Assembly (NCBI GenBank): GCA_019634025.1
Contig: JAHQWC010000154.1
Coordinates: 1,309-65,308 of the forward strand
DNA from: Vampirovibrio sp.
GTDB lineage: Bacteria; Cyanobacteriota; Vampirovibrionia; Vampirovibrionales; Vampirovibrionaceae
DNA length: 64,000 bases
Direction: 5' to 3'
The notes under the pieces were generated by a model. That model ran no database searches and had not been told where the DNA came from. It saw only the letters and a program-made list of their open reading frames with translations. How positions within the stretch are numbered: position 1 is the first letter of the stretch; each line of letters begins with the position of its first letter. This document shows, piece after piece, positions 1 to 10,033 of this stretch. Position numbers and translations under genes: made by a program.

Positions 1-1020
1 GCTGCTACCACGGGCATTCGTTCTTCCACCTCTACCTCAGGCCCTGGATTTTGCCTGATGTCTGAAGGGATTGGCTGGGCCGGGATTAACGAAGTACCCA
101 TGGTGGTGTTTAACTATCAACGGGGCGGTCCTTCTACGGGGTTACCCACCCGGAATGAGCAGGGTGAATTGCTGTTCGCTATTCATGCCGGACACGGGGA
201 TTACCCCAAGATCGTGATGGCTCCTGGTGATATGCATGAGTGTTTTGAAGATGCGTTTAACGCCTTCAATTTTGCAGAGCGTTACCAAACGCCAGTCATC
301 GTGTTGCCGGATAAGGCCTTGGCCAATAACACTCAAAGTATTGAGCCCTTTGAAGAGGCCAGTCTGAAAGTAGACCGTGGTCAGATTGAAGGCGTGGACC
401 CTAACTACAAAGAAGGGGATCTGGAAGCTGGTATTCAACAGTTCCCCCGGTTTAAAATTACCGATTCCGGTATTTCTCCTCGGGTCCTTCCCGGCACTCC
501 CGGTAAAATCTTCTGGACGACTGGGGATGAGCATACTGAGTTTGGTCACATTACTGAAAAGCCTGAAATCCGGATTCCCATGCACGAGAAACGGATGAAA
601 AAGCTGGATCTGGCTGCCAAGGAAATTCCTCAGGATCTACAGTATAAATTGTTTGGCTCTGAACAGGCAGACTTGACGATGGTGGCTTGGGGATCCACCA
701 AAGGGGCCATTTTGGATGCGATGGACGTGTTGAAAAAAGAACACAACATTACCATCAACTTCCTGCAAATCCGGATGATGTCTCCCTTCCCGTCAGAAGG
801 TGTTGGCGCCATTCTGAAAAAAGCCAAGAAGGTCGCCTGCATCGAATCCAACCTGTCCGGGCAACTGGCACAGTTGGTCAGAATGCGTACCAGCTTCGAG
901 ATTCCCCATCAGATATTGAAGTATACCGGTCGCCCCATTTCAGAAACTGAGATTGTTGCGTCCGCGTTGGATGTGGTCAAAAAAGACGAGAAAAAGGTGG
1001 TGCTGACCTATGGCCGTTAA
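1..1020 (+). CDS. korA: 2-oxoacid:ferredoxin oxidoreductase alpha subunit (KorA/OorA-like), 5'-truncated at window edge; the reading frame is open from nt 1
   Basis: Frame 1 is open from position 1 (…SSTSTSGPGFCLMSEGIGWAG…). The sequence resembles the PFOR-family alpha subunit, with a GGPSTGLPT motif. It is immediately followed by a TPP-binding beta subunit, with a 4-nt overlap. Confidence 0.6.
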   Translation, partial: AATTGIRSSTSTSGPGFCLMSEGIGWAGINEVPMVVFNYQRGGPSTGLPTRNEQGELLFAIHAGHGDYPKIVMAPGDMHECFEDAFNAFNFAERYQTPVIVLPDKALANNTQSIEPFEEASLKVDRGQIEGVDPNYKEGDLEAGIQQFPRFKITDSGISPRVLPGTPGKIFWTTGDEHTEFGHITEKPEIRIPMHEKRMKKLDLAAKEIPQDLQYKLFGSEQADLTMVAWGSTKGAILDAMDVLKKEHNITINFLQIRMMSPFPSEGVGAILKKAKKVACIESNLSGQLAQLVRMRTSFEIPHQILKYTGRPISETEIVASALDVVKKDEKKVVLTYGR

Positions 1021-1990
1021 AACGTTAGAATCCCCGCTAAAAGCGGCGAAATATAAATCCGATCTGACCAGTGACTGGTGTCCTGGTTGCGGTGACTTTG
1101 GGATCGTCAACGGCATTCAGCAAGCCCTAGCTGAGCTGGCTTTACCGCCGTGGGAAACCTACCTGTTTTCCGGGGTTGGATGCTCCGGGAAAACCCCTCA
1201 CTATATTCAGGTCTATGGATCCCATACCCTCCACGGTCGTGTACTTCCCTATTCGCTGGGTGCCAAAATGGCTAACCCGCACCTCACCGTCTTGGCGGTG
1301 GGTGGTGATGGAGACGGCTATGGCATTGGCTCAGGTCACTTCGTTCATGCGGGTCGTCGCAATGTGGATATGACCTACATCGTCTTTAACAACGAGGTGT
1401 ATGGTTTGACCAAAGGCCAGGCATCTCCTACCTTAGAAAAAGGGATGCAGCCAAAATCTTTGGCCTTACCTCACATTAGTCAGGCCATCAACCCGTTGGC
1501 ACTAGCACTGGCATGTGGCTATACCTTTATTGCTCGCAGTTATGCCTACGATCCCAAGCACCTGAAAGCAACGATTCAGGCAGCAGTGAACCACCGTGGT
1601 ATGGCGTTGATAGATGTGTTGCAACCTTGCCCCACATACAACGACATTCATACCAAGGAGTTCTATGCCGAAAAGCTTGAAAAAGAAGGCAATGAAATTC
1701 CTCGCGTTTACTACATTGAAGAAACCGGCTATGACGGAGTAGTAAAGAACTCTAACGATGTACAAGAAGTAAACGAAAAACGAATGAATGCCTTTAACGC
1801 CATGTATAAGCTTGAAGATCAGGTGGCTTTAGGAACGTTTTATAAAATTGAACTAGACACTTACGATGAGCTGCTGGGTAAAAACCTGCCGCAGTTGAAA
1901 GATGCTGCCCCAATTGATCTAAAATATCATGATGATCAGATGAATCCCACCACAGACTTGTCGTCTGCTTTAGCAGAAATTCAGGTCTAA
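1010..1990 (+). CDS. korB: 2-oxoacid:ferredoxin oxidoreductase beta subunit, thiamine-diphosphate binding
   Basis: CPGCGDFG motif near the N-terminus and a GDGD TPP-binding motif (VGGDGDGYGIG). Size ~326 aa. Translationally coupled to the alpha subunit. Confidence 0.65.
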   Translation: MAVKTLESPLKAAKYKSDLTSDWCPGCGDFGIVNGIQQALAELALPPWETYLFSGVGCSGKTPHYIQVYGSHTLHGRVLPYSLGAKMANPHLTVLAVGGDGDGYGIGSGHFVHAGRRNVDMTYIVFNNEVYGLTKGQASPTLEKGMQPKSLALPHISQAINPLALALACGYTFIARSYAYDPKHLKATIQAAVNHRGMALIDVLQPCPTYNDIHTKEFYAEKLEKEGNEIPRVYYIEETGYDGVVKNSNDVQEVNEKRMNAFNAMYKLEDQVALGTFYKIELDTYDELLGKNLPQLKDAAPIDLKYHDDQMNPTTDLSSALAEIQV

Positions 1991-2014
1991 TTCAGTTTAA
2001 ATTTTTAAATACTA

Positions 2015-2051
2015 TATAACGGACGTTTTATATAACGTCCGTTATATTTTT
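2015..2051 (+). terminator. Rho-independent terminator after korB
   Basis: Perfect 12-bp inverted repeat ATATAACGGACG / CGTCCGTTATAT with a 9-nt loop, followed by TTTTTGG. It lies between convergent genes. Confidence 0.7.
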
Positions 2052-2066
2052 GGATTGACCTTTAAA

Positions 2067-3722
2067 TTAACAAGGGTTTTTCAGTAAATACATGCTTACC
2101 GGCGCGTATTGAATAAAGCTTCGTTCTGCCTGACTCATTCCTTCGTACTGATAAGGACCAAAATGGATGGGATGGGCGGCCTTAAATAAAATAGCGCCGG
2201 AATTCACCAGGGCTTTATCAATGAGGTTAATATGATGAATGGGATAGCCGGTCAATCGGTTCAGTAGGACGTAATGAGAATTAGTTTTATCGGATTCTTC
2301 TAAAGAGGTGGCGAAAGATGGTGTCAGCGCTGAACAAGAGAGAATGATTTCCGGATGCTTCCCAGGTTCCAGTTCTCGCAGTATAAAAAGTTTTTGCCCA
2401 TTTTGATGATGGACCGATACGGAGGGTAGCCGCTTTAAAGAGGGGTCCGTAATAAAGGAAGAGGGGAGTTGAATGCCCAGTTCATGATCAAGGGTACGGT
2501 CCATATCAGACGGATATTGCTGCCGGGTAAAAACAAAGACTGTGACGCAAAGAGATCCAAAACAAATGAGTGTCATCACGATACCGACTAAAGAATAGGA
2601 TTGCCGGTTCTCTTCTTGATGGGTCAGTAAAAATCCCAGACCCATCCCGCACAACAATATGGCAATGTCCGCCATAACAAGTAAGTGATGCCCGGCCACT
2701 GGACTGAAAACAGAGAACATGCTGCCGATCCCCAAGGCGATCCACAAGATCAAAAACAGACATGAAAACTGAATGAAGTGGTTGAGGGTGGGAGATCGCC
2801 GACGGTTAAAGGCCAGCATAATGCCCGTAATCACACAAAACCCGGTAATGACTAGAAAGCCTGGAGATACAGTATTGAGGTATATAAAGGGGAACAGCCA
2901 TCCTGCCGCCCACCCCGTTGCGCTTCTGCCCGTTAAAAAAATGGTTTCTATCCCTGCAGGTAGTATCCAGCATAACACTTGTACTAAAACGATGGGTATA
3001 CAAAACAATCCCATACGTTTTAATCGTTCTTGCACGGACAAAGACAAAGATTTCTTGCTGAAATACAACATGAATAATCCCACCCACAGTCCATATAAAA
3101 ACCCCGGTTCACTCAGGACACTTAGCCCAAATAATCCACCCGCAAAGATCAGACGGTCTGAGCCGGGGTCAATGACTGTATTTTCAGCATCCGGCTTTGG
3201 TAATAACAGCAAGATAGAGAGCAGAAAAAAGCTTTCGGCAGGTAGATACACCACCAGGTGACGCACAAACATCAGGTGTGGCGTCCACAAAATATAGATT
3301 AACTGTGCCAGTAAATTGGCGGTAGGCAGTTGGAACAGACGGCGGCTGATTTTATAGATTAGCAGGCTGTTCAATCCAAACCAGCCAGCCAGGTAGATAA
3401 CCGGTGCTAATGTTTCAGGCGCAGTGGTTTCTTTATGGGTGAACCCCTGAAGTAATTGTTGTGCCAAAGAGGCCGGGGTCATGAGTAAATGGGCCATCCA
3501 ATCTGAAGCCGATTGAGTGGCCACTTCAGACAATAGGCTCCAGTTTCCTTTAAAAAGTAGCCCCCACATCCAATAGTTGGTGGCAAAGATAGACTCTTCA
3601 GGTAAAAACCATTGTCCATGTTGCCCTGCCCAGGCAGAGGCAAAAAACCCTGCAATGGCTAGTCCCCAAGCCATATAGTGGTGATAATACTGGCGTTTGA
3701 CGTTGACTGTACCCGCTGTCAT
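2067..3722 (-). CDS. Polytopic integral membrane protein (>=10 predicted TM helices) with a C-terminal soluble domain; possibly a GT-C-fold glycosyltransferase (ArnT/PMT-like)
   Basis: Long alternating hydrophobic segments across the first ~400 aa and a hydrophilic ~150-aa C-terminus. No diagnostic motif was recognised with confidence. Confidence 0.35.
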   Translation of the reverse strand: MTAGTVNVKRQYYHHYMAWGLAIAGFFASAWAGQHGQWFLPEESIFATNYWMWGLLFKGNWSLLSEVATQSASDWMAHLLMTPASLAQQLLQGFTHKETTAPETLAPVIYLAGWFGLNSLLIYKISRRLFQLPTANLLAQLIYILWTPHLMFVRHLVVYLPAESFFLLSILLLLPKPDAENTVIDPGSDRLIFAGGLFGLSVLSEPGFLYGLWVGLFMLYFSKKSLSLSVQERLKRMGLFCIPIVLVQVLCWILPAGIETIFLTGRSATGWAAGWLFPFIYLNTVSPGFLVITGFCVITGIMLAFNRRRSPTLNHFIQFSCLFLILWIALGIGSMFSVFSPVAGHHLLVMADIAILLCGMGLGFLLTHQEENRQSYSLVGIVMTLICFGSLCVTVFVFTRQQYPSDMDRTLDHELGIQLPSSFITDPSLKRLPSVSVHHQNGQKLFILRELEPGKHPEIILSCSALTPSFATSLEESDKTNSHYVLLNRLTGYPIHHINLIDKALVNSGAILFKAAHPIHFGPYQYEGMSQAERSFIQYAPVSMYLLKNPC

Positions 3723-3793
3723 ACCGTCGAAAGTCTTTCTACAAGAACATGTAATATGTGCCTAGGGTTTCATCTTAGCACTGTTTTTAGGTG

Positions 3794-4618
3794 CTATTCT
3801 TTTACCCCACCCATTAATATGCCCTGGATGAAATACCGTTGCCCCAGTAAAAACACGCCGATGACCGGGAGGATAGAGACAGTAGAAGCCGCCATTAATA
3901 AGGTCCAGTCGGTTACATCCCGGAAGCTTTCTTTGAGTGCAGAAATACCAACTGGCAATGTCCGAAGATTATCCGAGTGGGTGACTATTAGGGGCCACAT
4001 AAAACTGTTCCAGCTGCCAATAAACACAAAGATGGCCAAGGCAGCCATAGCCGGGGTAGCCAAGGGTAACGCCACTCGCCAGAAGGTTTGCAAGGGATTA
4101 CACCCATCCATCCGTGCGGCTTCCTCCAGTTCTTTTGGGAACCCGTTGAACCATTGTCGAAAGAGGAAAACCCCAAACGCTCCAAACAGTCCTGGCATAA
4201 TCAAAGCTTCATACCGGTCCACCCATCCAAAAAGTTTCATCAAAAAGTAGAGCGGCACAATATTCACTTGAGGCGGCACCATTAAAGTCATTAAAAAAAT
4301 AAAAAACACGGCATTTTTGTAAGGAAACTGCATCCGAGAAAAGGCATAGCCAGCCATGGCGCAAAACAAGACATGTCCCGCTGTGGTGAGGGCCGACACC
4401 AGAACGCTGTTCCAAAAGTAAGTGCCCATGGCGATTTGATCAAACAGCCGGGCATAATTTTCAAAGTGAAGAGGCCACGGAAAAAGATCCGGCGGATATT
4501 GAAACACTTGCTCACGCCCTAGCAAGCTGGTGGCCAGCATGACCCAAAACGGCAACAGGGTTAAAATGGCCCCGACCGTTAATATCAATATTGGACCCCA
4601 CTTACGCAATATCTTCAT
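3794..4618 (-). CDS. Carbohydrate ABC transporter permease (MalG/UgpE-like)
   Basis: Six-TM binding-protein-dependent permease fold with an EAA-like loop (EEAARMDGCNPLQTFWRVALPLATP). The likely start at MKILRKW overlaps the upstream permease stop by 4 nt (ATGA). Confidence 0.75.
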   Translation of the reverse strand: MKILRKWGPILILTVGAILTLLPFWVMLATSLLGREQVFQYPPDLFPWPLHFENYARLFDQIAMGTYFWNSVLVSALTTAGHVLFCAMAGYAFSRMQFPYKNAVFFIFLMTLMVPPQVNIVPLYFLMKLFGWVDRYEALIMPGLFGAFGVFLFRQWFNGFPKELEEAARMDGCNPLQTFWRVALPLATPAMAALAIFVFIGSWNSFMWPLIVTHSDNLRTLPVGISALKESFRDVTDWTLLMAASTVSILPVIGVFLLGQRYFIQGILMGGVKE

Positions 4619-5535
4619 ACATCTCCTTCGTGCATCACCCAGCGTTTTCTCAGCTGCCACTGCACCAGGGTGAGGAGCAACACGATAAAAAATAATAAAT
4701 AGGCAATGGCCGAGGCAGGGCCAATTTTATAGAATTCAAAGGCGTTTTTAAACATCCAGTACACCAGTACTGTGGTGCTGTGTTGAGGGCCGCCTTGGGT
4801 CAACAGATAAACAGCGTCAAAAGCTTGAAACCCATTAATCAATGTAATAATAGACACAAAAAACAGGGTTGGCGTCACCATGGGTAAGGTAACTTTCCAA
4901 AACGTTTGCCAGGTCCCGGCTCCGTCTAAAGAGGCAGATTCATACACGGTGTTAGGAATAGCTTGTAATCCGGCTAAAAATAGGACCAGGGTATACCCCA
5001 GGCTTTTCCACACACTTAAAAGTACCAAAGCCCACAGAGCAGTGCGAGGATCATATAACCAGGCAATGGGTTCTCCCCCGTTCCACTGGGTTAGTATGGG
5101 TGCAAATGAGAGCCCCCAATTCAATAAACCGTACTCCGGTTCGTAAATCCACCCCCACACCACTGCCACGCTTACCAAGGGTGTGACAAAAGGGAGAAAG
5201 TAAGCGGTGCGAAAAAAGGTTTTGCCCAACCATATTTGGTTGAGGGTTACTGCCAATACCAAGCCCAACCATATTTCCAAAAGGGCTACCCCCACCACAA
5301 ATAGACCCGTATTGAGTAAGGTCTTCCAAAACAAGGGATCTGCCAGTACGTGTTGGTAGTTCTCCAATCCTACCCAGTGAGGGGTGCCAAGCAGATTCCA
5401 ATAAGAAAAACTAAGACCGAAGGAGGCAGCAATAGGTAGGTAGGTAAAAATAAGAAGCCCCAAAAGGCATGGTGCTAAAAACACCACGGCCCACCAACCC
5501 TCTGCTCGAAAGATTTTTTGAACGTGGTTATTCAT
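4615..5535 (-). CDS. Carbohydrate ABC transporter permease (MalF/UgpA-like)
   Basis: Typical MalF-type permease sequence (…ASLDGAGTWQTFWKVTLPMVTP…). Sits between the SBP and the MalG-like gene. Confidence 0.75.
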   Translation of the reverse strand: MNNHVQKIFRAEGWWAVVFLAPCLLGLLIFTYLPIAASFGLSFSYWNLLGTPHWVGLENYQHVLADPLFWKTLLNTGLFVVGVALLEIWLGLVLAVTLNQIWLGKTFFRTAYFLPFVTPLVSVAVVWGWIYEPEYGLLNWGLSFAPILTQWNGGEPIAWLYDPRTALWALVLLSVWKSLGYTLVLFLAGLQAIPNTVYESASLDGAGTWQTFWKVTLPMVTPTLFFVSIITLINGFQAFDAVYLLTQGGPQHSTTVLVYWMFKNAFEFYKIGPASAIAYLLFFIVLLLTLVQWQLRKRWVMHEGDV

Positions 5536-6922
5536 GCCTGCCAGCTTTCTTTGTTTCCAAACGCGGGTGGTCATCCACGGTTAGAATCCGTTGAATTTTA
5601 TCTTGTACGGCCAGCAAGGCTTCACCGGGTTCTGCCTGGCCATCCCAAACCGGATCTAGGGCCAGTTGTACTTCTTCAGACAGTTCATTCCACCTAGGGT
5701 GAGATCGGGTAGGCACCCCGCTGTCAATCGTTTCTAAAAACACCCCACTATGGGCTGGAAGTTGGTTTTCAGCTAAAAAGGCTGAAGACTTGGCAACATC
5801 CATTCGGGCTGGAACGATGAGGCCGCTCTGGGTAAACTTCGCCATGGCTTTAGGAGAGGACATGAACTCGATGAATGCCCAGCTTGCTTCTGGATGTGGA
5901 GTGCTAGACGCCATAGCATAGCCAGAGGCGTCAATGCCTACTTTGGATCCTTCCTGTCCTGATGGAAACGGAGCCACATCCCAGTCGAAGGTTGCTTTTT
6001 GCCGTAAAAATGGTACGCTCCACCGACCGCTAATCATCATGCCTAGCTTTTGTTGTAAAAATAACTGGCTCATGGTGGCGCCGCCGCTTTCTATTTGCCG
6101 AGGCGCCACGTGATAGCGGTTGCGTAGATCGCTATAGAAAGTTAACCCTTCCAGGGCAACAGGTTCGGTTAAGGTAAACTGTGTACGATCCTCACTCAAC
6201 ATCTGGCCGCCTGCGCTCCATACAAAAGGCATCCAAGTCAGCGGGGGTTTCCGGAAGAACGATACGCCAAAGCGTTCGGGATGACCGTCGTTGTTCGCAT
6301 CAACGGTTAACCTTTGAGCGGCGATTAAAAAAGTTTGCCAATCCCAGGTGTTTGTCGGCAGCGCAAGGCCCTGTTTTTTAAACAGGGTACGGTTATAAAA
6401 CACCACCAAGTTGGAAACATCTCGAGGAAGGGCGCCCAGAATTTCTGTTTGATCGGGCTGATTGGCCCAATAAAAAGCTTCCAGGGCTGGGGTAAAAAAA
6501 TCTCCGGCGGCAAGGGCCGTACTTTTTTCCAACCAGGGGGTAAGATCCGCAAAGATGCCGTGGGTCGCGTAAATGGGAAAGCTAATGCTATTGGTAAACA
6601 TCACATCCGGCACGTTGCCGCCGGCAATCATCAGGTGCAGTTTTTGATAGTAATTTTCCGGAATATGAATCATTTCGACGGATACGGTTGGGTGGTTAGC
6701 CTCAAACTCATTGATAAGAGACTTCACCACGGCCATCTCTTCAGCACTGCCCCAGGTAGAGAAGCGAATCACAGCCTTACCAGATGTGTCTTTTTGGCAG
6801 CCTGTTAGCGAAAGCAGCATCACAAAACAAACCACTAAACCTGGTATTAGCCGGTAATAGTAGGTTTTAAGTGACTCAGTGTTTAAACATGTCACCCAGT
6901 GGGTCAGGAGTTGAGGCATCAA
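5528..6922 (-). CDS. Extracellular solute-binding protein (family 1) lipoprotein, carbohydrate ABC transporter
   Basis: N-terminal signal peptide with lipobox LLSLTGC. Size and sequence are typical of sugar SBPs. First gene of an SBP-permease-permease operon. Confidence 0.7.
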   Translation of the reverse strand: MMPQLLTHWVTCLNTESLKTYYYRLIPGLVVCFVMLLSLTGCQKDTSGKAVIRFSTWGSAEEMAVVKSLINEFEANHPTVSVEMIHIPENYYQKLHLMIAGGNVPDVMFTNSISFPIYATHGIFADLTPWLEKSTALAAGDFFTPALEAFYWANQPDQTEILGALPRDVSNLVVFYNRTLFKKQGLALPTNTWDWQTFLIAAQRLTVDANNDGHPERFGVSFFRKPPLTWMPFVWSAGGQMLSEDRTQFTLTEPVALEGLTFYSDLRNRYHVAPRQIESGGATMSQLFLQQKLGMMISGRWSVPFLRQKATFDWDVAPFPSGQEGSKVGIDASGYAMASSTPHPEASWAFIEFMSSPKAMAKFTQSGLIVPARMDVAKSSAFLAENQLPAHSGVFLETIDSGVPTRSHPRWNELSEEVQLALDPVWDGQAEPGEALLAVQDKIQRILTVDDHPRLETKKAGRHE

Positions 6923-7030
6923 GAGCGAGCTTTTCGTGAGACTTTCGTGAATCTATGTAAAGGATTCTCTCTATTTTAAACAATTTAGACGGTTCAGGGC
7001 GTTTATTGGAACAATATTTTTGACAGGGAT

Positions 7031-7351
7031 ATGCTAAATATGACCTTGGAACTCCGTCCGGAGATTAATACATACTACTCACCTGATATGAAAGACCGTC
7101 TTCAGGCGGTTTTGCTATGGGCTGCCGGTAATACCGATGAGTTAACGGTTTCCTCAGAACAATTGGAGCCGGTGCTGATAGGCTTGTATGGTAAAGATGC
7201 AACAGCTTGCTACGACACTCTGGAAGGGCTGGATTTGCGGGAAAAAGTGGTGTTTACCTTGGTCAATGAATTTGGTAGTGAAATGACTGACAGCAAAGTG
7301 TTTGGCCGGTTGGTGGGTTTAATTTGCCAGCACCTGTCCCGAGAGGTATAA
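7031..7351 (+). CDS. Hypothetical protein (106 aa)
   Basis: Intact ORF with no recognisable motif. Confidence 0.35.
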   Translation: MLNMTLELRPEINTYYSPDMKDRLQAVLLWAAGNTDELTVSSEQLEPVLIGLYGKDATACYDTLEGLDLREKVVFTLVNEFGSEMTDSKVFGRLVGLICQHLSREV

Positions 7352-7381
7352 CAGATTTAATGAGTCTGTTATAGCATTATT

Positions 7382-8608
7382 ATGATGAAAATTGTCGGGG
7401 CCTCTCAATTAAGCTTTTATCCGGTCCACAAGAATCGAAACGCCCAAACAATAACCCCTTTTTTTAATCGCTTTGGGTCTGATGTTTTTGTTGATTCCAG
7501 CCTTGCAACTGTTAAGAATCTTTCTGCTTCAAGTTCTATAGTTAGCCCGGGGCGTACCTTATTGTTGGATGAGCAGCAGCAATTAATTCTACCTGATTCA
7601 ATCCGCCGTCAGCGTCAAAAGGTACTACAGGCAATTACAAAAGAAGTGTCTCAAGCGGTTCGCCAAGGAAAAAAGCCTGTTTTCATGACGGACTTTGATG
7701 GTACATTGGCTCCATTTCAAACCAATCCCTACACCTGTCAGGTACCAAAAACTGAACGAGAAAAGTTTTTCTCGTTTGCCGATGCTGTCCACAAAAAGTT
7801 TGGGGTTCCGGTCGTTGTTATTACTGGTCGAACGGTTTCCAGAATGAAGGATTTTATAGGGGAAGAGGGTATTCGTCGAGCTCAAGTCATTATTAATGGT
7901 CAGAGTGGGGGGGAAATGGCACTACCTGATAGAAAGCAAATGTATTCAATGCCCGATGTTACATCAGTGCATAAAGCCCAAATGGACCAACTTAAGCAAG
8001 CATTAAAAGAAATAGGCCTTAAAACGGTTGAGGAAGTTGAAGGAGCCAGCAAGGAGCCAGGACCCTTTCCGGGTGTTTCAGTAGAAGATGAGAAACGCTA
8101 CTGTGTGGTTGTGCATACAAAGTCTGCTCGTACTAAAAATGTTGCAGAAGCGGCAGAGCGAGCTGTTCAGAAAGCAATGAAGAAGCTGAATATGAAGGAC
8201 TTTTACTTGCTGAATATTGAGGGTGGTATGGAAGCAATTCCTAAGCCTTATAACAAAGGAAATGGTGTAAAGGCTGTTTTGGACATTGTTAGGAAGAAAT
8301 ATGGGCTGACAAACTCCCAGTTACATCCTATCTATATTGGCGATGGTATTAATGACAATAAGGCGTATGAGCAAATTGCCAAGATATTTAACCACCCACA
8401 AGATTCATATACCACGATTTTTACGGGTAAACCTACTCGTCAGACCAAGGCCAAATATACGATTCCAAATGCCTTACATACAGGAGATGTGCCTGCAAAG
8501 TCCAAGGCTGAAGAAAAATACCGTGTAGCCGTCAGTCAGGTCAATGTAGATGCAAATTTTGAATTGATGGAGAGACTTCGCCAGAAAATCGGAGTTGCTT
8601 GGAATTAA
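7382..8608 (+). CDS. HAD-IIB family sugar-phosphate phosphatase (trehalose-6-phosphate / mannosyl-3-phosphoglycerate phosphatase-like) with a ~100-aa N-terminal extension
   Basis: HAD motif I FMTDFDGTLAP and motif IV-like YIGDGINDNKAY. Overall length 408 aa. Confidence 0.55.
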   Translation: MMKIVGASQLSFYPVHKNRNAQTITPFFNRFGSDVFVDSSLATVKNLSASSSIVSPGRTLLLDEQQQLILPDSIRRQRQKVLQAITKEVSQAVRQGKKPVFMTDFDGTLAPFQTNPYTCQVPKTEREKFFSFADAVHKKFGVPVVVITGRTVSRMKDFIGEEGIRRAQVIINGQSGGEMALPDRKQMYSMPDVTSVHKAQMDQLKQALKEIGLKTVEEVEGASKEPGPFPGVSVEDEKRYCVVVHTKSARTKNVAEAAERAVQKAMKKLNMKDFYLLNIEGGMEAIPKPYNKGNGVKAVLDIVRKKYGLTNSQLHPIYIGDGINDNKAYEQIAKIFNHPQDSYTTIFTGKPTRQTKAKYTIPNALHTGDVPAKSKAEEKYRVAVSQVNVDANFELMERLRQKIGVAWN

Positions 8609-10032
8609 GTTGTTTCCAGCGCCTTTTCCTCGGCAGCTTTTTCTTTGGCTTTGGTAACCCACCCGGCAATATCCGCTTGGCGGCCTCGGGCAATGGCTAA
8701 ATCTCCGGGGGAGACGTCATTGGTAATGACCGAGCCAGCAGCCACAAAGGCATCTTTACCCACTATGACCGGGGCAACCAACACGGAGTTGGAACTTACT
8801 TTCACGCCGTCTTCAAGCACTGTTTTGTTTTTCACGTCTCGAATAGAGTCATAGTTTGCTGTGATCGCTCCAGCGCCATAATTTACGTCGCTACCCACCT
8901 CAGCGTCTCCCAAATAAGACAGATGCGCCGCGTTGGAATGGTGATCGATACGGGTATTTTTCACTTCCACAAAATTACCTACCCGCACGTGATGGGTCAA
9001 TTCAGCCCCGTCTCGAATCTGTGCGAAGGGCCCCACAATATTGTCTGGGCCGATGACGGCGTTTTTGATCCAGGAGTGAAGGATTTGTGTTCGATCTCCA
9101 ATGGCGACTTGATCATTCAATACACTATGAGGGCCAATGGTGCAGCCTTTCCCAATAGTAATATTACCAGTCAGCACACAACCTGGATGTACCACCGTAT
9201 CGAGCCCAATCAATACTTCTGGGCCAAGGGTGGTTTGGTTAGGGTCTACAATGGTTACCCCTTGGCTCATCAGCCGGTCGATAGACCGGTTGTTTAAGAC
9301 TTGATGGCAAAAGGCTAAATCTTGACGACTATTCACGCCGAGGGATTCTGTCGAATCTTCCAGGCAAGCCACCCCGACAGATAGCTTTGCAGCAATGCTC
9401 AAAGCCACCAAATCGGTGAGATAAAACTCTCCCTGGGCATTATTGTTGTTGAGCTTCGCCAATAACGGCGAAACCTTCTGCCAGTCCAGGCAATAAATGC
9501 CGGTGTTGATGGTTTTTACCTGTTTCTCTTCTGGTGAAGCGTCTTTTTCTTCCACAATCTTTTGAACAGTCTCACCTGCCAAAATCACCCGACCATAGCC
9601 AGTGGGGTTGTTCAACTCAGTGGTAAGGAGGGTTAACGCATGATTTTGAGTGTGATGAAGGTCTACCAAACTTTTTAACGACTCTGGGGTTAAGAGCGGC
9701 ACATCGCCTGAGAGGATCACTACTGTGCCAAGGGGTTTATCGCCAATGGCTTGTTGAACTTGCATCACAGCATGGCCGGTGCCTAGCTGGGGGTTCTGCA
9801 CTATAGGCGTTAAGTTAAAGGGAAGAGAAAACTTCGCCATTGCAGCTTGAACTGTCTCACGTCCATGTCCCACAATGACGTATGCTGACTCGACGGGTAA
9901 TTCACAGGCGGATGCCAGGGAGCGCCATAATAGAGATTTCCCAAACAATGGATGTAACACCTTGGGCAAATCGCTTTTCAGCCGGGTCCCTTTGCCGGCA
10001 GCCATTACAATGAGGTTGAGAGAGGATGTCAT
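8605..10032 (-). CDS. glmU: Bifunctional UDP-N-acetylglucosamine pyrophosphorylase / glucosamine-1-phosphate N-acetyltransferase
   Basis: N-terminal LNLIVMAAGKGTRLKS nucleotidyltransferase motif and a C-terminal left-handed beta-helix with hexapeptide repeats. The chosen start (MTSSLNL) abuts the lpxA stop; the longest ORF would extend to 10110 and overlap lpxA. Confidence 0.85.
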   Translation of the reverse strand: MTSSLNLIVMAAGKGTRLKSDLPKVLHPLFGKSLLWRSLASACELPVESAYVIVGHGRETVQAAMAKFSLPFNLTPIVQNPQLGTGHAVMQVQQAIGDKPLGTVVILSGDVPLLTPESLKSLVDLHHTQNHALTLLTTELNNPTGYGRVILAGETVQKIVEEKDASPEEKQVKTINTGIYCLDWQKVSPLLAKLNNNNAQGEFYLTDLVALSIAAKLSVGVACLEDSTESLGVNSRQDLAFCHQVLNNRSIDRLMSQGVTIVDPNQTTLGPEVLIGLDTVVHPGCVLTGNITIGKGCTIGPHSVLNDQVAIGDRTQILHSWIKNAVIGPDNIVGPFAQIRDGAELTHHVRVGNFVEVKNTRIDHHSNAAHLSYLGDAEVGSDVNYGAGAITANYDSIRDVKNKTVLEDGVKVSSNSVLVAPVIVGKDAFVAAGSVITNDVSPGDLAIARGRQADIAGWVTKAKEKAAEEKALETT

Positions 10033-10033
10033 C

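Noticed and set aside
142-950. ORFs of 73-147 aa antisense to or out of frame within korA (142..585 -, 377..598 +, 630..851 -, 687..950 +)
   Set aside because: They lie entirely inside a well-supported conserved gene. Their composition is typical of shadow ORFs.
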